Assembly (NCBI GenBank): GCA_026991575.1 | Contig: JALXBF010000033.1 | Span: 1-64,000, forward strand | Reading direction: 5' to 3' | Length of the DNA: 64,000 nt | Source: Planctomycetota bacterium | GTDB lineage: Bacteria; Planctomycetota; Planctomycetia; JALXBF01 | In this document: positions 1-9,043 of the stretch, piece after piece | Layout of the letters: each line of letters opens with the position of its first letter | Position numbering within the stretch: the stretch's first letter is position 1 | The notes under the pieces: generated by a model | Told to the model about the DNA's origin: nothing | The model's database searches: none | What the model saw: only the letters and a program-made list of their open reading frames with translations | Made by a program: the position numbers and the translations under genes

Positions 1-1162
1 GCTTTCCGCTGTGCGTTGCCATGCGGCCAAGGATCGCCGCCATGGTGCTGAGCGCAAACAAGCGCCCGTGATTGATGCTGGTGCCGCCACGGACGGCCGC
101 GAACATCTCGCGGAACGTGATCAGCTCAGGGTGCTCTTTTGGAACCGGTAGCTCCCGGTCGATGGCCCCCGAGAACCGGAAACCACCCCACTTGACCAGG
201 TCCAGCCGGCCCTTGGAACCGATAACGCGGAACGAGACTTCGTTATAGCAGTTCAGTTGCTGCCGAGTGAACGCATAGCCCCGCAGGCCGTCGGCGAAAT
301 CGTAGACCACAGCGTGATGGTCGAAGATGTCACCCCACTTTGGCGCGGTCCGCTGGGCGCGCCCGCCATAGCCCCACGCCTGCACCGGCGGCTTATCGCC
401 CGCAACCCAGCAGAGCAGGTCGACGAGGTGGACCGTTTGCTCCACAATGTGGTCACCAGACAGCCACGTGAAGTAGTACCAGTTCCTCATCTGGTGCTCC
501 ATTTCGGTCCAGCCTGGGCGGCGACCGCGGTGCCAGAGGTAGCCGATGTTGTAGGTGCCCTGAGCGGTGAGGATCTGACCGATCGCCCCGTCGTGCAGGC
601 GGGCGATCGCCTCCTGGGCTGCCGGACTAAAGCGAAGCTCAAAGCCCGACACCAGACAGAGGTTCTTCTGGTCAGCTAGCCGGGCCGAGTCGAGCAGACT
701 TCGGTACCCGGGTGCGTCCACGGCCATCGGCTTTTCCGCGAAGACATGGACGCCCGCTTCGAGTGCCGCGCGAATGTGCCTGGGCCGGAAGTGAGGCGGC
801 GCGGCCAGGATTACGACGTCCACGTCGCTGTCCAGCACGCCACGGTAGCCCTCGAAGCCGCTGAACCGCCGTTCCGGCGGGACGGAGGCCCGATTGCCGA
901 ACTGACGCTCCAGGGCACGCAGCCTGGGCGGGATCCGGTCCTGGAAGGCGTCTGCTACCGCGACGAGCTGCGCAGTGGGGTCCACGCGCAAGGCGCTCGC
1001 CACGGCCCCGGCCCCCCGGCCGCCGCAGCCGATAAGTCCCAACCGGAGGCCCCCGGTTCCCGAACTGTGGTAGCCGCCACGTGCAGGTAACGCCATCGAG
1101 AGCACGGTGGCTGCTCGGGCTCCGTCGCGCAGAAACTGACGCCGGGTCGCTGTACTGGCCAT
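1..1162 (-). CDS. Gfo/Idh/MocA family oxidoreductase with Tat signal (runs off the window at its 3' end)
   Basis: Manual translation from ATG 1162 (GGAGG upstream): MASTATRRQFL...LGLIGCGGRG...VFAEKPMAVD; absent from the ORF track because there is no stop inside the window. Confidence 0.88.
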   Translation of the reverse strand, partial: MASTATRRQFLRDGARAATVLSMALPARGGYHSSGTGGLRLGLIGCGGRGAGAVASALRVDPTAQLVAVADAFQDRIPPRLRALERQFGNRASVPPERRFSGFEGYRGVLDSDVDVVILAAPPHFRPRHIRAALEAGVHVFAEKPMAVDAPGYRSLLDSARLADQKNLCLVSGFELRFSPAAQEAIARLHDGAIGQILTAQGTYNIGYLWHRGRRPGWTEMEHQMRNWYYFTWLSGDHIVEQTVHLVDLLCWVAGDKPPVQAWGYGGRAQRTAPKWGDIFDHHAVVYDFADGLRGYAFTRQQLNCYNEVSFRVIGSKGRLDLVKWGGFRFSGAIDRELPVPKEHPELITFREMFAAVRGGTSINHGRLFALSTMAAILGRMATHSGK

Positions 1163-1393
1163 GGCTGTCCTCCAGGGTTCCAGAACGATCCGGGCCGGCG
1201 GGCAATTGCTAGCTTACCAAGAGAACCAGTGCCGCATTGCGTGCGCAGGGTACAGCGGGCGCGGGCGACGTTCGTTACAATAACGGGTGATGACGTTTCG
1301 ATCGACCCTCCGAGCGCGACTCCCCCACCCGCTATCAGCGCGTTCTTCGCTTACCGCCTGGATCGCTAGACCCCAGCGAGAGGTGCACGACTG

Positions 1394-2857
1394 ATGATCC
1401 GGACGATGGTGATTGCCGTCACGGCTTGGCTGGTCTGTGTTGCAGGCGTGGCGTTTGCGGATGACCAGCAGGGCCAGTCAGGGGGATCCGCCGCCGACAC
1501 GGTCGACTTCGTCAAGCAGATCAAACCGATCTTCGAACGCAACTGCGTTCGCTGCCACGGCCCGGATGAAAGCAAGGGGGACTTCCAGCTACACACGAAG
1601 GAAAGCTTCTTCCGGGGAGGGCTGGAGGGAACCCCGGTGGAGCCAGGCGACGCGGAGGCAAGTCTGTTGTTCGAGTTGATCACGCTCGGGCCTGACGAGG
1701 AGGGACGAATGCCTCCGGAGGGAGATCCACTGTCGAAGGAGGAGATTGAGTTGATCCGCAAGTGGATCGACCAGGGTGCAAAGTGGCCCGAGGGGGTGAA
1801 GTTGTCGGTTGGGCCTGAGCGGAAGAAGGACCCGATCGAGGAGATGCTAAACGGACCGGGCTTGGAGGTTACGCCCGAAGAGCAGCAGGCGATCCAGAAG
1901 ATGCAGAGTCTGGGGGCACTCGTCCTGCCAATTGCTCAGAAAACCAACTGGGTCCGCATCGATTTTAGCCTCGGAGCCACCCACGTTACGGACAGCGACC
2001 TGGCCACCCTCCCGGCCATTCGGAACCTCGTCGAGCTCGACCTGGGCGGCACGAAGATCACTGACCAGGCACTCCAGTACGTCGGCCGCTGTCAGAACCT
2101 CGTCCGCTTGCACCTGGAGCGAACGGCGATCACGGACGCTGGCCTGGCGTATCTCAAGAACTTGCCGTACCTCACGTACTTGAACCTGTATGGCACGAAG
2201 GTCTCCGACAAGGGGCTCCAGCAGCTGAAGGGTCTGAAGAATCTGCGACGGCTCTATGTCTGGCAGACGCAGGTAACCCCTGCTGGTGTCAAGACGCTGC
2301 AGGCGGCTCTGCCGGAGCTTCGGATCGTAGCGGGCTGGGAGCAACAGCTGGCACAGGCTGAGAAGTCGAAGCAGCCCGATCCAAAGAAGCAAGCCGAAGC
2401 AGCCAAACAGGAGGCGGCAAAGAAGAAGAGCCAGCCGAAACAGGAGCCTCAGAAGAAGGCTCAGTCACAGGCGCAGAAGAAGAAGCCGAAAACCAGCAAG
2501 GATGCAAAGCCTACCCAGAAACCGCAAAAGCCTCAACCTGAGAAACCGGCCGCTAAGAAGAACGAGCAGCCCGCCGCGAAACCCGGCAAGAAGCAACAGC
2601 GGCAGGAGCATCAGAAGCAGGAGGGCACCGGCGAGCCGAAGAAGGCTAAGCCAGCTGAGAAGAAGCAGTCGAACGAGAGTGCTGCCAGAGGGGCAGAGCA
2701 GCCGCAGCGGTCCAAAGGCAAGCAGAAGTCTGAGAAAGACTCCGCTAGTAAATCCGCTCGAGGCAATGGTCGTAAGCAGGGGGAAAGAGACAAGCCTAAA
2801 CCGTCAGCCGGTCGAAGCGACGAGCTGGCGAAGTCCAAGAAGAGCAAGTCTCACTAG
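1394..2857 (+). CDS. Secreted planctomycete cytochrome c domain plus leucine-rich-repeat protein with K/Q/E/P-rich tail
   Basis: Signal peptide, VDFVKQIKPIF..CVRCHG heme motif, RMPP..IRKWIDQGA, LRR units (LxxLxLxxTxITDxGL), low-complexity C-terminus. Confidence 0.85.
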   Translation: MIRTMVIAVTAWLVCVAGVAFADDQQGQSGGSAADTVDFVKQIKPIFERNCVRCHGPDESKGDFQLHTKESFFRGGLEGTPVEPGDAEASLLFELITLGPDEEGRMPPEGDPLSKEEIELIRKWIDQGAKWPEGVKLSVGPERKKDPIEEMLNGPGLEVTPEEQQAIQKMQSLGALVLPIAQKTNWVRIDFSLGATHVTDSDLATLPAIRNLVELDLGGTKITDQALQYVGRCQNLVRLHLERTAITDAGLAYLKNLPYLTYLNLYGTKVSDKGLQQLKGLKNLRRLYVWQTQVTPAGVKTLQAALPELRIVAGWEQQLAQAEKSKQPDPKKQAEAAKQEAAKKKSQPKQEPQKKAQSQAQKKKPKTSKDAKPTQKPQKPQPEKPAAKKNEQPAAKPGKKQQRQEHQKQEGTGEPKKAKPAEKKQSNESAARGAEQPQRSKGKQKSEKDSASKSARGNGRKQGERDKPKPSAGRSDELAKSKKSKSH

Positions 2858-3270
2858 CGGCAATGATTCCCGCGCGACGGGCGGTACGCCCGCCGACTGT
2901 TATGCACGCACGGTGTGCGCGGCCTGAGCGCGGTCTTTCCGGCGCTTCCTCCCGAGTGAACTGGCCCAACGGGCTGGTCTGTCCGGGGGGGCGGTTGACA
3001 GCTCCTTGTTCCGCATGCGGCATGCGCGCCAAGGCCCCCAAGCGCCGAAGGGGGCATAAGCGCTGTGTGCCGTGACGACCGGCCGCCAGGCTCGAGCGTC
3101 GTTGGCACCAGTCTAGGTGCCGGTGCCTCACCGGCCTTACGCCGAGATGTCTGCGGAGGTGGACGCGCCATGCCGCAGGCAGGTGCGATGGCTGGATGCG
3201 TACAATCGGTCGCCCGCCGTACGCCGGCGTCGGGGGTTGAGCCAGGGGATGAGTTGTTGGAGGAGGAAGT

Positions 3271-4473
3271 GTGACGTCGCCGTCACCGCCACCACGTGTG
3301 GTGCTCAAGCCTCAGCGGGCCAAGCCGTTCTTCGGCCGCCACCCGTGGCTGTTTGCCGGCGCGGTTGCCCGGGTGGTGGGCGAGCCGGAGAATGGCCAGC
3401 CCGTAGCGGTCTACAGCGCCGAGGGGCAATTCATCGCGTGGGGGCTGTACAACGACCGCAGCCAGATCCTGGTACGGTTGTACTCGTGGGACTATGACCA
3501 GCCGCTGGATGAGCAGTTCTGGCGGTCTCGGCTCCAGCGTGCCGTGCAATTTCGGAGCGAAGAGCTCGGCCTCGTGCGGCCGAAGGGAGCCTGTCGCGTT
3601 GTATTCAGCGAGGCCGATGGCCTCTCCGGCTTGATTGCCGACTGGTACGACGGTTGGCTCGTGCTCCAGCCCACAGCTCTGGGCATTCGTCAACGGCTGG
3701 AGTTGTTGGCACGCTTGCTCCGCGACCTGCTGCCGGTGCGCGGGGTCTACGTGCGAACGGAGAAGGGGATGCGGGAGGCCGAAGGGATGGAGCTGGAGGA
3801 CCACCTGCTAGAGGGCGAACCGCCTCCAGCCGAAATCGAGATCGAAGAGGGCCCGGTCAGGTTCCTCGTGAACGTGTGCACCGGTCAGAAGACGGGGTGG
3901 TACCTGGATCAGCGCGAGAACCGTCAGGCGGCAGCACGCTATGCTCGGGGCCGTAGGGTGTTGGACCTGTTCAGCTACGCTGGTGGTTTTGCGTTGTGGT
4001 GCGTCCGCGGGGGGGCCGCTGAGGTGTTGGCGGTCGATTCCTCGGCCGCGGCCATTGAACTCGGTAGTCGCAACGCCGTACACAATGGGGTCAACAGTGT
4101 CCGTTTCGAGCGAGCGGATGTCTTCCAGTGGGTCGATCAGGCGGTGGCACGAGGTGAGCAGTGGGACATGGTGATCGTGGACCCGCCGCGGCTGGCCCGC
4201 CGCAAGCGTGGGGTTCCGTCGGCACTGCGCGGCTACGGTCATCTGAATCGCAAGGCGCTTGAGTTACTCCGGCCCGGAGGGATTCTCGTTACGTGCAGCT
4301 GTTCCGGCCAGATATCCCGGGAGCTGTTTGCCGGCGTGCTACGAGAGGCGGCCTTCGCTACCGGCCGGGATGTCCAGATTCTGGAACAGCGCGGCGCTGC
4401 GCCAGACCATCCCGTGTCGCTCTACTGTCCGGAGAACTCATACCTGAAGTGCTTCATCTGCCGCGTACTCTGA
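3271..4473 (+). CDS. rlmI: RlmI-family (23S rRNA m5C1962) SAM-dependent methyltransferase
   Basis: PUA N-terminus (RHPWLF), SEADGLSGL, GQKTGWYLDQRENR, VLDLFSYAGGF, DPP, TCSCS, DHPV..PE..YLK. Confidence 0.88.
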   Translation: MTSPSPPPRVVLKPQRAKPFFGRHPWLFAGAVARVVGEPENGQPVAVYSAEGQFIAWGLYNDRSQILVRLYSWDYDQPLDEQFWRSRLQRAVQFRSEELGLVRPKGACRVVFSEADGLSGLIADWYDGWLVLQPTALGIRQRLELLARLLRDLLPVRGVYVRTEKGMREAEGMELEDHLLEGEPPPAEIEIEEGPVRFLVNVCTGQKTGWYLDQRENRQAAARYARGRRVLDLFSYAGGFALWCVRGGAAEVLAVDSSAAAIELGSRNAVHNGVNSVRFERADVFQWVDQAVARGEQWDMVIVDPPRLARRKRGVPSALRGYGHLNRKALELLRPGGILVTCSCSGQISRELFAGVLREAAFATGRDVQILEQRGAAPDHPVSLYCPENSYLKCFICRVL

Positions 4474-4483
4474 TCCGGGACGG

Positions 4484-5437
4484 TCAGAGCCAGTAGAGCA
4501 GCTCGTTCAGCAGACAGAGCATGCTCACAACGGCCGCAACGATCGCCGCGCCGGTCAAGACGCTCATCCACCATGACGCCCTGCCCACGTCGGCCATCTC
4601 ACGACGTTGGCCGTCCGCCTCGGCGTGCTGCCGATCGTTGCTGTTGGGTTCGCGTGGCACCGGCTCGGCCGCTGGCCGGGACGCTGTTGGCGGGCGGCTG
4701 GTCGCTGCGCGGGGCGTGGCCGTCGTCGGAGTGGTCGTGCTCGATGCAGCCGGCGAAGGCAGTGCTGCCGGTGCCTGCTTCGACGGGTCGAAGGCGCTCA
4801 GGGGCAACGCCCAGAGAATGCTCTTCAGCGGCAGTCCCAGCAGGCTGCACGCGTGGGGGCTACATCGTCGCGCCGGAACCGTAAGCCTGCTCTGTGGCAG
4901 GATCGTCGCGGGTAGCGGGGCTCGGCCGCCGGCGGGCACCGGCCCGGCGCCGCCGCGGCCGGTGGGCTGGTGGGTCGTTCGTGTGCGGGTACGCGGCTCA
5001 ATGCAGTAGCGTTGTGCCAGCCCCGGGCCCACCGGGCCGGGGGGAACGGGTGGACGGAGCCCCGCCGGCACGCACGGCGCACTGCCGTGGCGGCCGTCGC
5101 GACCGTCGCCTGCGACGCGACCGCCAGCGACGATGGAAACGCGCACCGCCGTCCGGCGCGGACGTGCGGGCTGATCAGCGTCGGCGGGTGGCCGGGAGAC
5201 GGTCCCGCGTTCGGAATCATGGTCGCACGACGCCGGGCTGAGGCGGTGGTCGGATGGTTCGTGGGTGAGTTGTTCGAGTGTTCGGAGCAGGTGGTCCAAC
5301 CGCTCGGTTTCGAGCTCAAGCGTGAGCGCGCCGGTATCGAGCGAGGTCTCTAGGGCGGCTTGCTCGCCCGGTTCGTGAGCACGTGCTTCGGGCGGGTCTT
5401 GCGCAAGTTGCCGGAGCAGTTTCCGGTACGCGATCAT
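4484..5437 (-). CDS. Hypothetical low-complexity protein with C-terminal TM helix
   Basis: 4-nt overlap with the ExeA-like gene; hydrophobic C-terminal segment. Confidence 0.55.
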   Translation of the reverse strand: MIAYRKLLRQLAQDPPEARAHEPGEQAALETSLDTGALTLELETERLDHLLRTLEQLTHEPSDHRLSPASCDHDSERGTVSRPPADADQPARPRRTAVRVSIVAGGRVAGDGRDGRHGSAPCVPAGLRPPVPPGPVGPGLAQRYCIEPRTRTRTTHQPTGRGGAGPVPAGGRAPLPATILPQSRLTVPARRCSPHACSLLGLPLKSILWALPLSAFDPSKQAPAALPSPAASSTTTPTTATPRAATSRPPTASRPAAEPVPREPNSNDRQHAEADGQRREMADVGRASWWMSVLTGAAIVAAVVSMLCLLNELLYWL

Positions 5438-6303
5438 CGGTTCTGTCCTGCCCCGCCCACCTCGCTCGGTTCTCCCCGCGCGACCAGCTCATGCACTCGG
5501 TCAGCTGCGTTCAGCTCATCGCTGACGGCCTCAACCAACTCCCCGGTTATCACGTCCCGCTCTTCACCTGCCGCCGCCACAAGCGCCAGGTCGCACAGTC
5601 GTCCGATGCGGCGGGGCACCCCTTCGCAGATGCGGTGGATCGCTGCCACTGCGTCTGGGGCGAACAGAGGCCGGTCGACGCCTCCCCAGCGGACGCAGTG
5701 CTGGATGTAGCTGCCGGTCTCTGCCTCGCTGAACGGTTCCAGAATGACAGCCAGGTCGACTAGTTCGACTAACTCGCGGCGGTAACGGGCAACGGCGTCC
5801 GGGCGGGCGGCGAGGATAACGCAATAGTTGGCGGCCGGATGGTGGTCGAGCTGGAAGAGCGCATTGAGGGCGTGCAGCCCGTCGGGTCGGTCCAGCAACA
5901 ACTCTGCCTGATCGATGACGAAAATCGTATTCGTGCCCTGGACGCGGTTGCCGCTAACGCACTGGCGGAGCTGGCGCCAGAGCTCAGCTTCGCTGCTGTC
6001 TGGGGCGACGGGCAGGCCAAGGCTCTGAGCCAGCTCAAAGAACAGCTCCCGGGCCCCAAAGGCGGGGCAGGTCACTACGGCAATCTCGCGGTTCTGATTG
6101 CTGACGCGGCGAACGAACGTGTCCAGGAGCGTTGTTTTGCCAACGCCGCTGATCCCCGTCACAACCGCGCCTCGGCGCTGTTCGTCGCAGAGGAACTGCA
6201 GTCGGGCCAGCCCTTCTTGCTGGCTCTCGCTTTCAAAGTAGCGATCGGGATCGCCTGGCCCGGAGAAGGGGGCTCGGCGGAATCCGAAGTGCTTCCAATA
6301 CAT
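5434..6303 (-). CDS. ExeA/GspA-family AAA ATPase
   Basis: MYWKHFGFRRAPF start, Walker A GISGVGKT, Walker B-like VIDQAE, GVPRRIGRLCDLAL. Confidence 0.88.
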   Translation of the reverse strand: MYWKHFGFRRAPFSGPGDPDRYFESESQQEGLARLQFLCDEQRRGAVVTGISGVGKTTLLDTFVRRVSNQNREIAVVTCPAFGARELFFELAQSLGLPVAPDSSEAELWRQLRQCVSGNRVQGTNTIFVIDQAELLLDRPDGLHALNALFQLDHHPAANYCVILAARPDAVARYRRELVELVDLAVILEPFSEAETGSYIQHCVRWGGVDRPLFAPDAVAAIHRICEGVPRRIGRLCDLALVAAAGEERDVITGELVEAVSDELNAADRVHELVARGEPSEVGGAGQNR

Positions 6304-6479
6304 GAGCGTTCCCTCAAGGCGTCAGACGGCCGTCTATTCGGGAGAATCGGCTGGGGGCCAGCAGGAAGTTGAGGCGAAGGCGACAGGGGCGGATAGGAGA
6401 TAGCGCGGTCGCAGACAGCGGTTTGGCAACTTGGCCCGCGCGGTCGGTGATGGTCACGTGACCGGCTGCGGCTGATAGC

Positions 6480-6515
6480 AAAAAGGAACGCGTCCCGGCT
6501 GGGGGCCGGGACGCG
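6480..6515 (-). terminator. Intrinsic terminator downstream of the YTV-repeat gene
   Basis: Minus strand CGCGTCCCGGC-CCCCA-GCCGGGACGCG followed by TTCCTTTTT. Confidence 0.8.
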
Positions 6516-6578
6516 CGGGTCCGTTGGCCGGTTTAGTGCCCTGGCTGGCTGGCAACCGGGGAGCACGCTAGCGGCCGG

Positions 6579-7937
6579 TTACTTGCTGCAGCCTGCGGCA
6601 GCGTGATCGTGGCCGCCGCAGCCGAAGTGGAACAGGCCGTGCAAGGCGCTGACCAGGTCGAGACCGCAAGGGGCGGCGCAAGGCTCGCAAGGTTCAGCCT
6701 CGACGCAGACCCGTTCGGGAACCAGGCGGCAGACCTGCACGGGCACCTTCTTCTTAACCAGCTTCGGGACGCAGCGGACCACTTTCACGGGCACCTCTTT
6801 CTTGACACGCACTGGGACACGGCGGGTGACGGTGACCGGCACCTTCTTGGCGATGCAGACGGGCACCTTGCAGGTGATCTCTTCCTCGACCCATCGGCAG
6901 ACCTTCACCGGCACCTTCTTGACCCGCTCTTCCTCGACCCATCGGCAGACCTTCACCGGCACCTTCTTGGTGATCGTCTCGACCTTCCGCTCGCAGATGG
7001 TCACAGGCACCTTCTTGACGCATTCCTGCTTCACCCAGCGAATCCGCTTGACGGGCACCTTCTTGACCCGCTGCTCTTTCACCAGGCGGCAGACTTTGAC
7101 CGGTACCTGCTCCTTGACCACGCGGCGTTCGTAACGCACCCGCTTGACCTTTTCCTTGACGGTCTTAACCACAGGCACGCGGCGGACGATCTTGCGACCG
7201 GGGATCGTGCACTTGACCAGCTTGGTCTCGCCGGGGATGTAGACGGGCAGGAGGGTGCAGGGATCGATCGTGAAGCAGCCGGGCTCGCGCACGCACCGAG
7301 TCACCTCGCGCGGCGGGCACTCAACCACTTCCTCTTTCCACTCGCACACCTTCCGCTCAACTTCCACTTCCTCTTCCACCGGCACGCACTCAACCCTGCA
7401 GACCTCACGCATCTGGGTCTCGATCACGGGCTTGAGCACCGTGTAGCAGATCTCCTTCTCGACGGTCTCGACCACCGGCTTGCATACCGTGTACCGCACT
7501 TCCTTCTCGATCGTACGATACACCGGCTTCACCACGCACTGGGTGATCTCCTTCTCGATCGTCTCGATCACCGGCTTACGGACCGTGTACCGCACCTCCT
7601 TGTAGACGGTCTCGAACACCGGACGGCGGACCTTCTTCTTGACCTCCTTGTAGCCCAGTTCATACTCGGTCCGGTAGCAGGTGACCTGCTCTTCTTTCCA
7701 CTGGGTCTCGTAGACCGTTTTCATGCAGGTCGTTTCCTGCTTTTCCCAGACAACCTCGCAGACCTCACGTTCCTCGGTCTCGACCACGCGCTTCCAGCGG
7801 ATGAAACAGTGCTTGTGCGGCTGTGGCGGTGTACAGTCGTAGCTGACTGCCCCGAAGAAGGCAGCGTTGGCTGGTTTGCCGGTCAGGACCGCCCCCGCCA
7901 CGACGGCGACCACCGGCACCCACAGAAGTCGCTTCAT
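6579..7937 (-). CDS. Secreted Cys/Val/Lys/Glu-rich YTV-repeat protein (planctomycete envelope-type)
   Basis: Signal peptide, EVRYTVxKPV and KKVPVKVCR repeats, GGAGG RBS. Confidence 0.85.
   Translation of the reverse strand: MKRLLWVPVVAVVAGAVLTGKPANAAFFGAVSYDCTPPQPHKHCFIRWKRVVETEEREVCEVVWEKQETTCMKTVYETQWKEEQVTCYRTEYELGYKEVKKKVRRPVFETVYKEVRYTVRKPVIETIEKEITQCVVKPVYRTIEKEVRYTVCKPVVETVEKEICYTVLKPVIETQMREVCRVECVPVEEEVEVERKVCEWKEEVVECPPREVTRCVREPGCFTIDPCTLLPVYIPGETKLVKCTIPGRKIVRRVPVVKTVKEKVKRVRYERRVVKEQVPVKVCRLVKEQRVKKVPVKRIRWVKQECVKKVPVTICERKVETITKKVPVKVCRWVEEERVKKVPVKVCRWVEEEITCKVPVCIAKKVPVTVTRRVPVRVKKEVPVKVVRCVPKLVKKKVPVQVCRLVPERVCVEAEPCEPCAAPCGLDLVSALHGLFHFGCGGHDHAAAGCSK
6879..6969. repeat. Exact 43-bp direct repeat with 48-bp period inside the YTV gene
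   Basis: ctcttcctcgacccatcggcagaccttcaccggcaccttcttg at 6879 and 6927. Confidence 0.9.
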
Positions 7938-8221
7938 TGCTTTGACTCCTCCAGTTAACCGACCGTTACGTGTCCCGACGAGTCAGCGTCCACTTCGGGC
8001 TAACTCTGTCTCACTCTTCGGCCGATCTTCCGCTTACCTAAATGGACAGGACTGCGATTCTGGGGCCAGAATGCGGGCCGAGAAGGCTGTAGGCCCAAGC
8101 CCGGTTGCTCAGCCTGTAACGGTCCTGCCGGTCCCACAACCCGTAGCCGTCGGACGGGCCGGCAGCACACCCACAAACCAGCCACAATGGCAGCTGCACA
8201 AGAGTAGACATGGAGCGGCCG

Positions 8222-9043
8222 ATGCCCGAATTGCCCGAAGTCCACACCATGGTCGAACAGCTACGCCCGAACCTGCTCGGGCGCACCGTCACCGGTGTGC
8301 GCATCAGGGACCGTTTCTTGCTGAAGAACACGACCCCGCGCGCGTACCGGGTCGGTGTCGTCGGCAAGCAGATCACGGATGTGCGGCGCAGCGGCAAGTG
8401 GATTCTGATCGAGCACGGCCGGTCAATCTGGACCTTGATCCAGCCACGAATGACCGGGGGGTTCCAAATTGGCGCGAACCGGGCACCGCGGTACGGTCGG
8501 GTCTGCTGGCAACTGGACCAATCCCCACACTACGTTTGGTACACCGATCTGCGCCGCATCGGCGTGATCATGCTGCTGACCGCCGAGCAGCTCTGCAGCC
8601 TTCTGGCCGAGAAGCATGGCCCCGACGCGCTGAGCGTCGATGCCCGCAGCCTGACCCGTCGGCTGAGACGCACGACCAGTCCGATCAAGGCGGCGCTGAT
8701 GAAGCAGGAGCTGATTGCGGGCCTGGGCAACATCTACTCGGAGGAGGCGCTCTTCCGGGCCGGGATTCGTCCTGATCGTCCCGCCAACACGCTGGATCCG
8801 GCCGAGTACCGCCGGCTGGCACGGGCGATCCGCGAGGTGCTGTCGCAGGCGATTGCCTACCAGGGCACGAGCTTCCGCGACTACCGCACGGCCGAAGGAC
8901 GGCGGGGGCAGTTTCAGGAGCTGCTGTGTGTTTACCAGCGGGCCGGCCAACCTTGCCGCCGGTGCGGCAGCCCGATCGAGCGGATGAAGATGCCGGGGGT
9001 CATCAACCGCTACACACACTTCTGCCCGCGGTGTCAGCACTAG
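8222..9043 (+). CDS. mutM: Formamidopyrimidine-DNA glycosylase
   Basis: N-terminal MPELPEV, H2TH motif GLGNIYSEE, C-terminal zinc finger CRRC...CPRCQ. Confidence 0.93.
   Translation: MPELPEVHTMVEQLRPNLLGRTVTGVRIRDRFLLKNTTPRAYRVGVVGKQITDVRRSGKWILIEHGRSIWTLIQPRMTGGFQIGANRAPRYGRVCWQLDQSPHYVWYTDLRRIGVIMLLTAEQLCSLLAEKHGPDALSVDARSLTRRLRRTTSPIKAALMKQELIAGLGNIYSEEALFRAGIRPDRPANTLDPAEYRRLARAIREVLSQAIAYQGTSFRDYRTAEGRRGQFQELLCVYQRAGQPCRRCGSPIERMKMPGVINRYTHFCPRCQH

Noticed and set aside
2860..3200. RNase P RNA, SRP RNA, tmRNA or tRNA
   Set aside because: Diagnostic motifs (GAGGAAAGTCC, CAGG..GGAAGGAAGCAGC, tRNA-like ends) not found
6730..7700. Periodic repeats that could be mistaken for a CRISPR array
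   Set aside because: In-frame coding repeats without unique spacers; no cas genes in the window
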